NCBI RefSeq assembly: GCF_006345805.1
Contig: NC_043002.1
Span: 62,186,001-62,250,000 of the forward strand
Length of the DNA stretch: 64,000 nucleotides
Direction: 5' to 3'
Source of the DNA: Octopus sinensis
Taxonomy: Eukaryota
The notes below the pieces were generated by a model. It made no database searches, was not told where the DNA came from, and worked only from the letters and a program-made list of their open reading frames with translations. Both the position numbers and the translations under genes were made by a program. The number at the start of each line of letters is the position of its first letter. Positions within the stretch are counted from its first letter, which is position 1. Of the stretch, positions 52,690 to 64,000 are shown piece by piece.

Positions 52690-53700
52690 TCCCACTGAAT
52701 ATAGAGCCGGTTTCCAACAAGACGAAAGGCTCCATCTCCAGGATGTAGTTAACACACAGAAATTCACATTTGGAACTTGAGAAAACTTTTGTATATGTTC
52801 ACTGTTCCATTCACGAATTGCTCTTGTAATGTACGAAATAGCCGGTCAATTTCTCTTTTTGAAAAACCCAGTTTATCCAGATTCTCCTTTAAGCATTTTC
52901 TAACAAAACCTAATGCTCCAATTATAAAACCTCACGTCGAGCAAAAGGGCAAAAGCTCGCTCGATTTCGATTTTCATAGTCTGGATATACAAGCTGGAGG
53001 TTTCGAAGCAGCTATCCATAGATATCCTCTCTTTCTTTGATTTTCAAAGAGATATTTATATATGCAGGGTGACTGACCTTTATGATGGTACATACCTTTG
53101 CCCCTGCCCGAACAACAATATCCGGTTTGCTCTGTTTACATTTGACAGTAGTTTTGATGGGAATATTCCACCAGTATTCCTTGAGTTGGTGTTTATGGAT
53201 GTATTCTGTAACAAAGATTTTCTAAGTTTCTTTCATGACAGCCTTCTTTTTCGCGGATGACATTGTAAATTGTTTTAGCCACAACATCGTGCGACTTAGG
53301 AACGAAATATTGGGACAGCTGCAAAATCACATGCGTGATATCTTCCATGGAATTATGAGAAAGCCTACGCATGCACTTGCACCTTGCTTTTTAAGAGTGT
53401 CAGTTTCTCTCTTGTTCACCAGGTACTTTGTGGCAATCTCCTGCATATGGACTGCAAACGCATGGCCTACAAAGTGTAATCAGATGAAGTGGTCTCCTTC
53501 AATTTTACTGTCTTGTTCAAGCTGCCGGGCAGCATACCCATGCATCGTCCATTTTTTTTATGCTGCGTGTTTTCAATCCTGGTTTTCTCTGAGCTAAGGG
53601 AGCCCAGCTGTTTTAAGGCTTTATAGGAGATCTTGAGGAAAAAAGTGCTGCTTCAGAAGTTCACTGCCAGCTCGTACAATGTTGCTCGGTTCACATTCAA
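52690..53700 (-). mobile_element. C-terminal fragment of an R4/Dong-like RLE LINE (CCHC knuckle plus RLE domain)
   Basis: Minus strand: CRLSHNSMEDITHVI..SCP..SHDVVAKTIYNVIR..EYWWNIPIKTTVKCKQSKPDIVV..CTIIKVSHPA..KIKEREDIYG*LLRNLQLVYPDY..IIGALG..KSFLKFQM* (stop at 52764). Confidence 0.88.
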
Positions 53701-53928
53701 GCAAAGCAACGTTCAGATTAAATGTTAGAAATTTTGATGGGCGAAAATAAGTCGATATCATCGACTCTAGCAGTAGACAGATACTTTTATCGAGCTTAGA
53801 GTCATAAATAGCAAAAGCTAATATTAGTGGGGTTTCAACTCATAACGTATACATCTGGAAGAAATAACGGAAAGCATTTTATCGACGCTCAAATGATCCT
53901 GTCAGTACGCACCCTGCTGCAAGTACTT

Positions 53929-54335
53929 TCTTTTACTCTCTTTTACTCTTTTACTTCTTTCAGTTATTTGACTGGTGGCCGTGCTAGAGCATCGCCTTTA
54001 GTTGAGCAAATCAACCCGAGGACTTATTTTTTGTAAGCCTAGTACTTATTCTATCGGTCTATTTTGCCGAATCGCTAAGTTACGGGGACGTAAACACACC
54101 AGCATCGGTTGTCAAGGGATGTTGGGGGACGAACACAGACACACAAACACACACATCCATATATATACATACATATATACGACGGTCTTCTTTCAGTTTC
54201 CGTCTACCAAATCCACTCAGAAGGCTTTGGTCGGCCCGAGGCTATAGTAGAAGACACTTGCCCAAGATGCCACGCAGTGGGACTGAACTTCCAACTATGT
54301 GATTCGTAAGCAAGCTACTTACAAGACAGCCACTC
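53929..54335 (-). mobile_element. Composite SINE family B, near full length
   Basis: Reverse complement is colinear with 985-1345 and 50489-50890. Confidence 0.88.
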
Positions 54336-54369
54336 CTACGCATTTAAATATTGTTTTAAAATTTTGGCT

Positions 54370-54970
54370 CAAAGCTAGATATTTCAGAGTGGTGCTACGT
54401 TGATTGGATCCAGTGATTAGCGGGTACTTGCTTTAACCACCTGAAAGGATGAAAGACAAAAATCGTCTTTTGTGGAATTACAACTCAGAACGAAAGACGG
54501 ATGATAGTAAGTAATTTTTTCGGCGTCCTAACAATTCTGCCAGCTTGCCGTCCTAGCTGTTGTATCAATATAAGTTGTACTTAGGGCGGTGAAACAGCAG
54601 AATCATTCGCACGCCGGGCGAGATGATTAGCACCATTTCACTGTGAATGAAGATCAAAGACCCATCAGGGTCAAAATTGCTGTTCATCTTTTCGGGAAGG
54701 ATAAAATAAATATCATTGGAAATCTAGTGGCGATCTAATCGACTGAAGCCCTCTCCAAAATTGCCGGTGGAGTGCCAAAATTATGAAACCAATATTAATG
54801 CAACTACTGGCTGGGTCGCTAGCTCCCCAGAAAAATGCTTAGCCGCTTTTGGCCCGTCTTGAGTTTTGGGTTGAAATATGGAGGTCGAATTTGCCTTTCA
54901 TACTTTCGGGGATTGTTACCAATAAAGCGCTGGGTCGATGAAATCGACTAGCCTCTTCCCCAAAAGTGTT
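54370..54970. mobile_element. Three degenerate SINE C copies (one -, two +)
   Basis: ctgaaaggatgaaagacaaa..gccagcttgcc (-); agggcggtgaaacagcagaatcattcgcacgccgggcgagatg (+); aatgcttagccgct..gagttttgggttgaaat..gaatttgcctttca (+). Confidence 0.7.
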
Positions 54971-55307
54971 ACGGTGTATCTCTATAGGAAAAAAGAATTT
55001 GAATACACCAATTTTTTAAACCTAAACATCTAAATGAAATCAATAATATAGATATACAGTAATTTAATAGCCTTTATATTGAAGCCCACTCATAGCAATG
55101 TAGAAGAAGCAAACGTAACATAGTAAAGTGCAGCATAGAAGCTCTTTTCAATAATATAAAAGTAACTTGATAGGGAGAACTTTAAAGTCTTTGATCTGAA
55201 AACTGCTGATTCTTAGCTGTTTGAGGGTAAAACAACATCGTCGTCTACCACTATTGAAAATAATAATAAAAGTGACAGGAACAACAAAAGAAACAACAAC
55301 AATAAAC

Positions 55308-55308
<1 letters not shown>

Positions 55309-55366
<58 letters not shown>

Positions 55367-55380
55367 TAATAATAATAATG
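55309..55380. repeat. (AAT)n microsatellite
   Basis: Direct reading. Confidence 0.95.
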
Positions 55381-56419
55381 AAGCGATGATGAAATTAGAT
55401 TTCGATGCAGCGACATTGCAGCTTGTCATCTTGAAAAGAACGGAAGAGTGCTTTTCAAAATGTCGCCTAGGCTACAGTAAACATGATAGCTAAAACTAAA
55501 TAAAAAACAGAAAAATGGAACTGGATAGCTACGGAGCAGATGGAGTGGCTTTGATCGCTCGTCTGCTGGATATCAAACGCCCACGGCAGTTTTTATAAAA
55601 ACGAATATGGAGCTAACAGTTCAATACTTGTATAGACGGCCATTTCATCTCTTATTATTTTTTTTTAAATGAAATCTAAAAGTGTTCTGAAGCGTCAAAT
55701 ATAAAAAGAAGCTTAACTTATTTTATCTTTACTGCTGTTGGTAATGCTCTTCGTATTTTGGATAATAAATATACTCTTAAGAGAAGATATTCACCATTTG
55801 AGATTTTAATTCCGTGTTTCAGCGTGTGTGAAACAAATATGCATGAATGTACGAGAGATCTGCTGTGTGTGTGCGCATATACACACACGCACACACACAC
55901 AGAACAAACACACCCACAACCACACACAAAAATATTTTACATATAGAATATATAGAATCTTGTGTATGAATATACATACATCTGTATATACATGCATTAG
56001 AATACAGACACACACACACGTATTTATATAGATATAAATATGCATACATATATATATATATATACTTATATAGTATTATATACACGTATGTTATGTATGT
56101 TTACATAAATATCTATATATATGTAAACTTATACATATATGTATATATATATGCATATATAGGTATATATATGTATATATATGTAAACTTCTTTGTATGT
56201 GTATGCGTCCATTATGTGTATGTGTGTTTGTGCGTGAGCGCGCGCGCGTGTGTGTGTATATGTGCGTGAGTGTGTGTGACAAAACTATGTTTACTAATGT
56301 GTTATTTTCAGAGGGGTTTTTGCAGTAGTACAATTTCTGAATCTTTATAAAATATTCTGAGGATTAGTTTTTCAAAATACTAATTGTATTTTTCATAGAA
56401 TTACACACAGACACACACA

Positions 56420-56501
<82 letters not shown>

Positions 56502-56832
56502 GTGTATGTGTGTGTGTGCTTGTATATATATATATATATATATATGTGTATGTATATATTTGTGTGTATACATACATGCATGTATACATGATGTTGTTTT
56601 GTGTTTATAATCATGAAGGTCTGTGTATCAATGCATGTATGTATTTATGAGCTTGTGTTCGTATCTGTGTTTCATTTGCTATATATGCTTCGACGCTTGT
56701 TGATAAAATTTACCGGATTACTATTTCAATCACTAAAGGCGTCAATACAACATCTCTGCGCAAGCACGTATGTATATTGTGTGGATATGTATATGGATAT
56801 GTCTATGTATGTGTATATGTGCAAAATAGTAC

Positions 56833-56911
<79 letters not shown>

Positions 56912-56996
56912 TATATATACTGGTGTATGCAAGCATAAACGTGCATTTCCAAATGTAACGGAGTGTTCACAACCACTCTCTTGGCTCACTTTCTTA

Positions 56997-57051
<55 letters not shown>

Positions 57052-57444
57052 CATATACGCACACACACAGGGCAACGCATTCACATGTTTATATGTATAA
57101 TATATTTAAAAGTATATATACATACGCACATGTGTTTGTATATTTACGTGTGTGAATATGTATGTTCGTGAGCGATCTTAAATACGGGTTTTTAAACCTT
57201 CTAGTGATTCTTCGCATAACATTTGAAAATGTGTTTTAATGGTTCTCTTAGCTATATTGAAACGGTTTTGAAATTCTATCTTAGACAAAGGCTAATACCA
57301 TTAACAGAGTTCCATAATCATACACTGGAATATAATAATAACTTGACGATATTTTTGTGATCTGAATGCTTGGTATTTATAAAAATCCATTACAATTGAG
57401 AGGAGGGGAGGATTTCTTAAGTGCAGGAATGCTATTTATTCGAG

Positions 57445-58165
<721 letters not shown>

Positions 58166-58431
58166 ATCTTTTAACGGTTACTTTTCTGACTGCGGCCATG
58201 CTGCTGCAGCGCTTGAAATGTTTTACTCGAACAAGTTACGCTTACAAATTTGTTTTTCTCGAATTCTGTTACTTGCTCCATTAAAGACTATGAGCGACAA
58301 CTACATTATGGAACGTAAACAAACAAACAAACAAACACTGAATATCAAGCATGAAGTACTGATAACTTCACAATGTCATACACACACACGCACACACATC
58401 CGTATACATCGTACACACAATCTTTCATTCT

Positions 58432-58632
58432 TTTATTTGTTTAAGTTATTTGACTGCGGCCATCTTGGAGCACCACCTTTCGTCGAGCAAATCGACCCCA
58501 TGATATATTCTTTGTAAATCGAGTACTTATTTTATTGGGGTTTTTTTGCCGAACCGCTAAGTAACAAGGACGTAAAAACACCAGCATCGGTTGTCATGCG
58601 ATGATGGGGACAGGCACAGACACACAAACACA
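58432..58632 (-). mobile_element. SINE B 3' half
   Basis: ttatttgactgcggccatcttggagcaccacctttcgtcgagcaaatcgacccca...gccgaaccgctaagtaac...ccagcatcggttgtca. Confidence 0.8.
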
Positions 58633-58770
58633 CATACACACATATGTGTGTATGTGTGTATGTGTGTGTATGTGTGTATGTGTGTGTATGTGTGTGTGTG
58701 TGTGTGTGTGTGTATGACGCTTCTGGAGAGTATTTCTAACAACATTATCAACAATATCATTCGTGACGGT

Positions 58771-59121
58771 CCGCCTGTTACGACGACGAGGGTTCCAGTT
58801 GACTCGATCAGCAGAACAGCCTGCTCGTGAAATTAACGTGCAAGTGGCTGAGCACTCCACAGTTCTTGGCGCGGAGATTCAGCGTGACACAGAGTGTGAC
58901 AAGGCTGGCCCCTTTGAAATACAGGTACAAGAGAACCGGGAAGAAACTGAGAGAGAAAGTTGTGGTGAAATAGTACAGCAGGGTTCGCCACCATCCCCTG
59001 CCGAAGCCTCATGGAGCTTTAGATGTTTTCGCTCAGTAAACACTCACGACGCCCGGTCTGGGAATCGAAACCCCACGACCGCGAATCCGCTGCCCTAACC
59101 ACTGGGCCATTGCGCCTCCAC
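58771..59121 (-). mobile_element. SINE family A, near full length
   Basis: Head gaggcgcaatggcccagtggttagggcagcggattcgcggtcg..ggtttcgattcccagaccgggcg; body shared with 12581-12895. Confidence 0.88.
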
Positions 59122-59875
59122 AATGACACCACTAATATATATTTTTTGTGTACGGGGACGTGAAATGTTTTTGACCAGTATAAAGAGGAAACAGATAAGT
59201 GAAAAAAACAAAGCAGTAGCTAAAAACAAAATCAAATCAAGAGACTATGACGTGGTTTAATCGAGTATAACTGTGACACGCAGAAGGACATAGAGAACCT
59301 CTATAAATAAAAATACGGGTATATTGTAATGAAAGCAGTTGTCAAATATTCCGCTAATAGAACGCAAAAGAATGGAGGAATTTGAATCAACTTGCAAATA
59401 ATCTCGGCTCATTCTGGACATTTCAGCTTCGGTACTACATGGAAGAATTGATTTGAGAATAGAAGCAGGGGTGGATAATTGAGGGTAGCTCACAATATGG
59501 AAGTGAGGGTTAAATGTTTGTATTATTTCACTGACTGTATTTAAGAGTTACCAGACATATTAAGTGTTTTATATACAAACACTTTGTCAGTTTATAAAGC
59601 TGTTTGTGTTTGGTAGTTTGGAAAGGCTTCTCCTTCTAAAAAGTGATAGTAAATTCCAGTCTAAAAATTAATATACTTAATTTAAAATGTTACACATATC
59701 AGGAATTTTCATAGCCATTTTGTATTCAAAAATATTATTCGTTTCTAAAACACCACTTGTAAAATCTATAAGAACTCTCTCTCTAAGAGGGCAATTTCAT
59801 GTATTTACAAATTTTAATCTAGTCCTACACCAAGAATACTTACAAGTAAATTTAGATGTAGCAAGTTACAAATAA

Positions 59876-60110
59876 GTGGAGGTATATGGCCTAGTGGTTA
59901 GAGCAGCGGACTCGCAGTCGAGGGATCGCGGGTTCGAATCTAAGACCAGACTATTTGTGTGTTTATGAGCGAAACACCGAAGCTCTACGCGGCTCCGGCA
60001 GTAGGTAATGGCGAACATCTGCTGACTCCTTCGCCACAACTTTCTCTCACTCTTTCCTCCTGCGTCGGACCGGCGTCCCGTCCAGATGGGGAATCCAGGA
60101 AACCGGCCCC
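59876..60110 (+). mobile_element. SINE family A (same subfamily as 660-934)
   Basis: gtggaggtatatggcctagtggttagagcagcggactcgcagtcgagggatcgcgggttcgaatc...cggcgtcccgtccagatgggg..ggaaaccggccc. Confidence 0.85.
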
Positions 60111-60199
60111 GTGAGAAAGGCGTAACTCGGGAATGAACAAACAAGTCACAAATAAAATAAGGTGATGAATTTTGAGATTGTACATTTTAAAATTTCTGA

Positions 60200-60560
60200 A
60201 AAAATTCAGTGGCGCGTATTTTGTTCTAGCTAAAAATTGTGCACGTGGTCATGATGGAGTGTCCACGAAATAATCCAGTTGATATGCGTGAAAGTAGAGG
60301 AAACCATCATGATAATGAACTTATGTTCTACAATTTACAAACGGGTGTTTTCATGTGCGAGAAGTATCTGGGAGTCGGCCGAAAAATAGTGAATGTTCAC
60401 TCATCACAATTTTATGATCTGCGTGAGGTTCTTCTGGGCTTGGTGATTATGGCTAAGAATGTACGTTTAAAAGGATTGAAAATGAACATTTTAATTCTAT
60501 GCTACACATATATCAACATCAGTGGCGACACCGTCACTCGGGCTGTTACGATTTAACCCG
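60200..60560 (-). mobile_element. Possible highly decayed Helitron Rep fragment
   Basis: Frame-shifted pieces VDIC/IE, HNHQ, PRYF, VHYHDG and TFTHINW, in the order of VDMY.KIE..NQ..LR...SPRY...YVR.YG..FITFTCNP.W. Confidence 0.35.
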
Positions 60561-61747
60561 AGTATAAATTTAATAAAGTAGACGTGTATTTTGCAAGGTG
60601 ATTTCATTTCTGCCAACACTGATTTCAAGTATGTAACTGCAGCCAATAACTCGGTTTCCTTTTTTTGACCCTGGTCGCAGTTAATTTATTTTCGTTCAGC
60701 GTCTTAGAAGTGCTCTGTGTCAAAAAATATCATTCGTAGTGGACTATCTCTCAACATCGTTGAGAGACTAGGATTTAAATTTCAGTCTATGAAAAGTTTC
60801 CATTCTGCAATGTTCTTAAAGGAAAGAAAAATTATCCAGGCAAATAAGAATGAGCCTGGTAGGTGTAAAAGACTAACTGGTATCTCTTGTCAAGGGTACA
60901 GACGACAGCCAGCCTGCTGATGTTTCTTTTGCACTCTGCTGTCGTTATTTGATTGCTGTTATTCTGCGCATGTGCTAGATATAAAAAGTAAGGCATTTGG
61001 GGCTAGATATATTGTGGAAAAACGTGAAAATCTTCGAGCAGGCTTGTGTCTTTTGCGAAATCTGTAATGAGTCTGAGTGATGCTGATGATATGGAGTCAC
61101 CTCTGATCAATATATTCTGCTTGCAAGTGAAGATACCAAAGATAATCGGCAAACAGAGCGTGTGTATGTGTGTGTTCGCGAGAGAGACATAGAAAGAGTT
61201 ACAGCCCTCTAATAAATGTTATGACAGTGCTGAAAAGGCATTAGAGTAATTAATTATGCTCATCATATACAGCTGTAAGTGACAAAGTGACTCAAAACCT
61301 GTATGATTTGCTTGTCAGGATCCTCCGCAAACGTGTGATAGGGGACAAGGATCCGTTTATATGAATTATCATACTGTCCTTGTTATATTTATCTTCTTTA
61401 TTGGTATCGATTGCTATTGTTATTAATGTACTAACCAATTTCACTCGTTGCAAACTCCGCACTGTTCTAGAGTGTGTAGATTTCTTTTAAATTTCGCTTT
61501 TCCTCACAATTTCCTCACAATATCATGATCCTTGTGGCTGATAAAACAAACAAATATTTTTGTCTTACTATCAATGGCTTTGTTACTTCTATTCTTGTAA
61601 TATATGAGTAGCTTTAATAGCAACGGTTGAAAATATATTACAAAAAAGGACCATATCCACGAGGAACATATGTGTGTGTGTACGTGTGCGTGTATATGTA
61701 TGGATATATATTTATATACATATATAGTTTATGTATACAGACATATG

Positions 61748-61793
<46 letters not shown>

Positions 61794-61824
61794 AGACAAT
61801 ACAAAGAAAAAAGCGAATACAAAA

Positions 61825-61865
<41 letters not shown>

Positions 61866-63304
61866 AATGTATGTATATATATATATATACATATATACAT
61901 ATATGTATATGTCTATATATATTTTTATATATACATACATACATACATATATACATACGTACATACATACATACACATATACATAAGACAATAGAAAGCA
62001 AAAAGCGAATACGAAAGTAGTAGTGAAAATAATGGAGCTGGTTTCTAAATAGAAGACCAAAAATGTCCCATTGTTTGAAAGGAGAATCCGCCTGGTATAT
62101 TTGTTGAACAAATGATGAACAAATAAATAGAGGTTTTGGAATGGTTGGATCTGTTTACCTAAATTTTTTTTTTTTATTTTTTTGTAATATTTCGTTCCTT
62201 CTCAGAATTTTCCATTTTCATTGAGTATCAATCTAAAAATATATCCGCTCTTGTAATAGCAAAATCACAACATAACAGAACACAAAAATTGCAAAATGAA
62301 ATCGAAAAGAAAGCTATAAAGCAACAAACAGAATCTCGATACACGACATCAAATATAAAAATATATATATAATGAAAGGTTTAGAAATGCAAAGACAATG
62401 AAGAACTATTTTTTTCGAAAATGAAATCGCAAGTAAACAATGTGTGAAGAGTAGATATAATTGTGGTTGTTGTTGTTGTTGCTGTTATTATTTTCATTAG
62501 TGTTATTGTAAATATTCATTTTATGGACACAGGGACAAAGGATAGAGGGTATTACAAGGAAAACTTAGGAAAGCCAACACAAATTGTGATTTTAACAAAT
62601 TTATTGAGAAATGAGGAAAAGAAAAAAGCAAAAAGAAATCAAAACCTCCTCGCCCCCAAAGAGAAATGAGAGAAAAAATATCGGCTCTGTGTGAGACATT
62701 GAAGAAGAAGAAGAAGAAAAGAAAAAGAAGAAGAAGGAGGAGACGAAGATGATGATGATGAGGGTGATCATCATCATCGTTAAAATCATCATCATCACCA
62801 TCACCATCACCACTATAACCGGTAATGATGGCTATAAAATCCTTAAGTTGCCTTTCTTTTATAAATTGAAATATAAAAATGTTTGAATATGCATATATAT
62901 GTGCGTTTGTGTACTAGGTATGTATGTATCCATATAAATATATATATATATAAAATTATCATTACAGTTTCAGCCTGTTACATTTGAGACAGTTCAATAT
63001 AGGATGGCCCGAAAAATCTAAGGTAAGAGCATTAAATGTTTTGAAGAAGGCAAGCATATATATATGCGACAACACAGGCAAAGCAGAGAAAATGTCACAC
63101 AATTACAAATACATAGAACAATACAAAAGCAACAGGTATATTACGACTAATAAGGACAAATCAAGATGTGCTGACGTATACACACGCACAGTCACACATA
63201 TACACAGTCATATATTTATACAAAAATATGTGTACATATATGCACATCCAGAGAAAGACACAAGTCTGTTCATTATCATCTCAATGGATCTTGAACACTT
63301 TCAG

Positions 63305-63347
63305 ATGTTTCTATGATCCTACTGCACCACCTGGAGAAAGTGCTTGA
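63305..63347 (+). other. Candidate terminal coding exon (CFYDPTAPPGESA*) followed by 3'-UTR-like sequence
   Basis: Preceded by ctttcAG; open frame to TGA at 63345-63347. The downstream 650 nt are microsatellite-free and T-rich with aataaa near 63540. No homology recognised. Confidence 0.2.
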
Positions 63348-64000
63348 AATTATATTTATGAACTACATAGCTTATTCGCGTATTGTTGTTGGAAAAAAAT
63401 CTAACTGTATGTGGGCTGCTTATTTGATATTTCTTGTATGAATTTGTCCAGGTGCTGTTTAAGTATTATAAGGAAAGTTTATGTGTACTTTTTTCGGGAA
63501 TAATTAATTGCTAATTATGTAGAACACTTTGAGGTAAAAAATAAACATCTATGTTATAATGTTGTTAAAGACGTGATCACATTTATTGTAACAAGCGTGA
63601 AGTGCAGAGGACTAAACTCGGGAGGTTTGTGAACTGGATACCGACATCTTGTGAACCCTATTGCTCTATTTTCTGTATTATATTATTCAAGAAGGTGATA
63701 CAGGTAGAAGTGCTTGAGCATTTTTCAGGCGATTGCACTAATTAAGTAATGCCATGATGTATTTTGTCAATTTGCGTAAATGAACTCTAGGGGCTACTAT
63801 GTCAAAATGCTTTCCTTTGTATAGAAATATCACACCAGCAGCAGTATTCGATAGGATAGCGTGCATGTGTAAAGATGAATTCAATGATGTCTGGATATAT
63901 CAACTAAGAATTTTAAAAATCAATGAATACATGTTGCGTTAATTCCTCTTTAGATTATTGCTCAAAATTCCTACCGAGACAGATAATGTCATTTGCATGA

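Larger units (their letters stand above)
51136..55630. mobile_element. Possible old TA-flanked TIR element (57-bp inverted repeats) filled with nested insertions
   Basis: TA|caagtattggactattagctccatattcgtttatataaaaactaccgtgggcgtttg ... caaacgcccacggcagtttttataaaaacgaatatggagctaacagttcaatacttg|TA. Confidence 0.45.

Overview
This is a strongly AT-rich, microsatellite-saturated eukaryotic intronic or intergenic region. The repeat content (tRNA-headed SINEs with internal TA/TG tracts, dense (TA)n/(GATA)n/(AAT)n) looks like an octopod cephalopod genome; that assignment is inference, not a database result. I see no intact protein-coding gene, and nearly all ORF-track entries are translated microsatellites or antisense repeat frames. 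Recognisable coding remnants are all transposon-derived: a 5'-truncated CR1/L2-group LINE, a DD37D (maT-type) Tc1/mariner transposase, three R4/Dong-like RLE-LINE fragments, a LINE RNase H fragment, and probable Tx1 ORF1 and Helitron Rep pieces. There are many copies of three SINE families (called A, B, C here), a non-autonomous Helitron and a MITE. The most interesting signal is not in the ORF track: several ORF-less, (TA)n-anchored elements carry minimal type I hammerhead-ribozyme folds of the Penelope/retrozyme kind (7675-7722/8753-8800, 20786-20849, 29752-29840), set in large inverted repeats or hairpins. Two head-to-tail tandem arrays (470-487 bp and 793-794 bp units) also occur, one ending in a fold-back. 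A few exon-like segments are weak candidates for a host gene on the + strand. All alignments and folds were done by eye.
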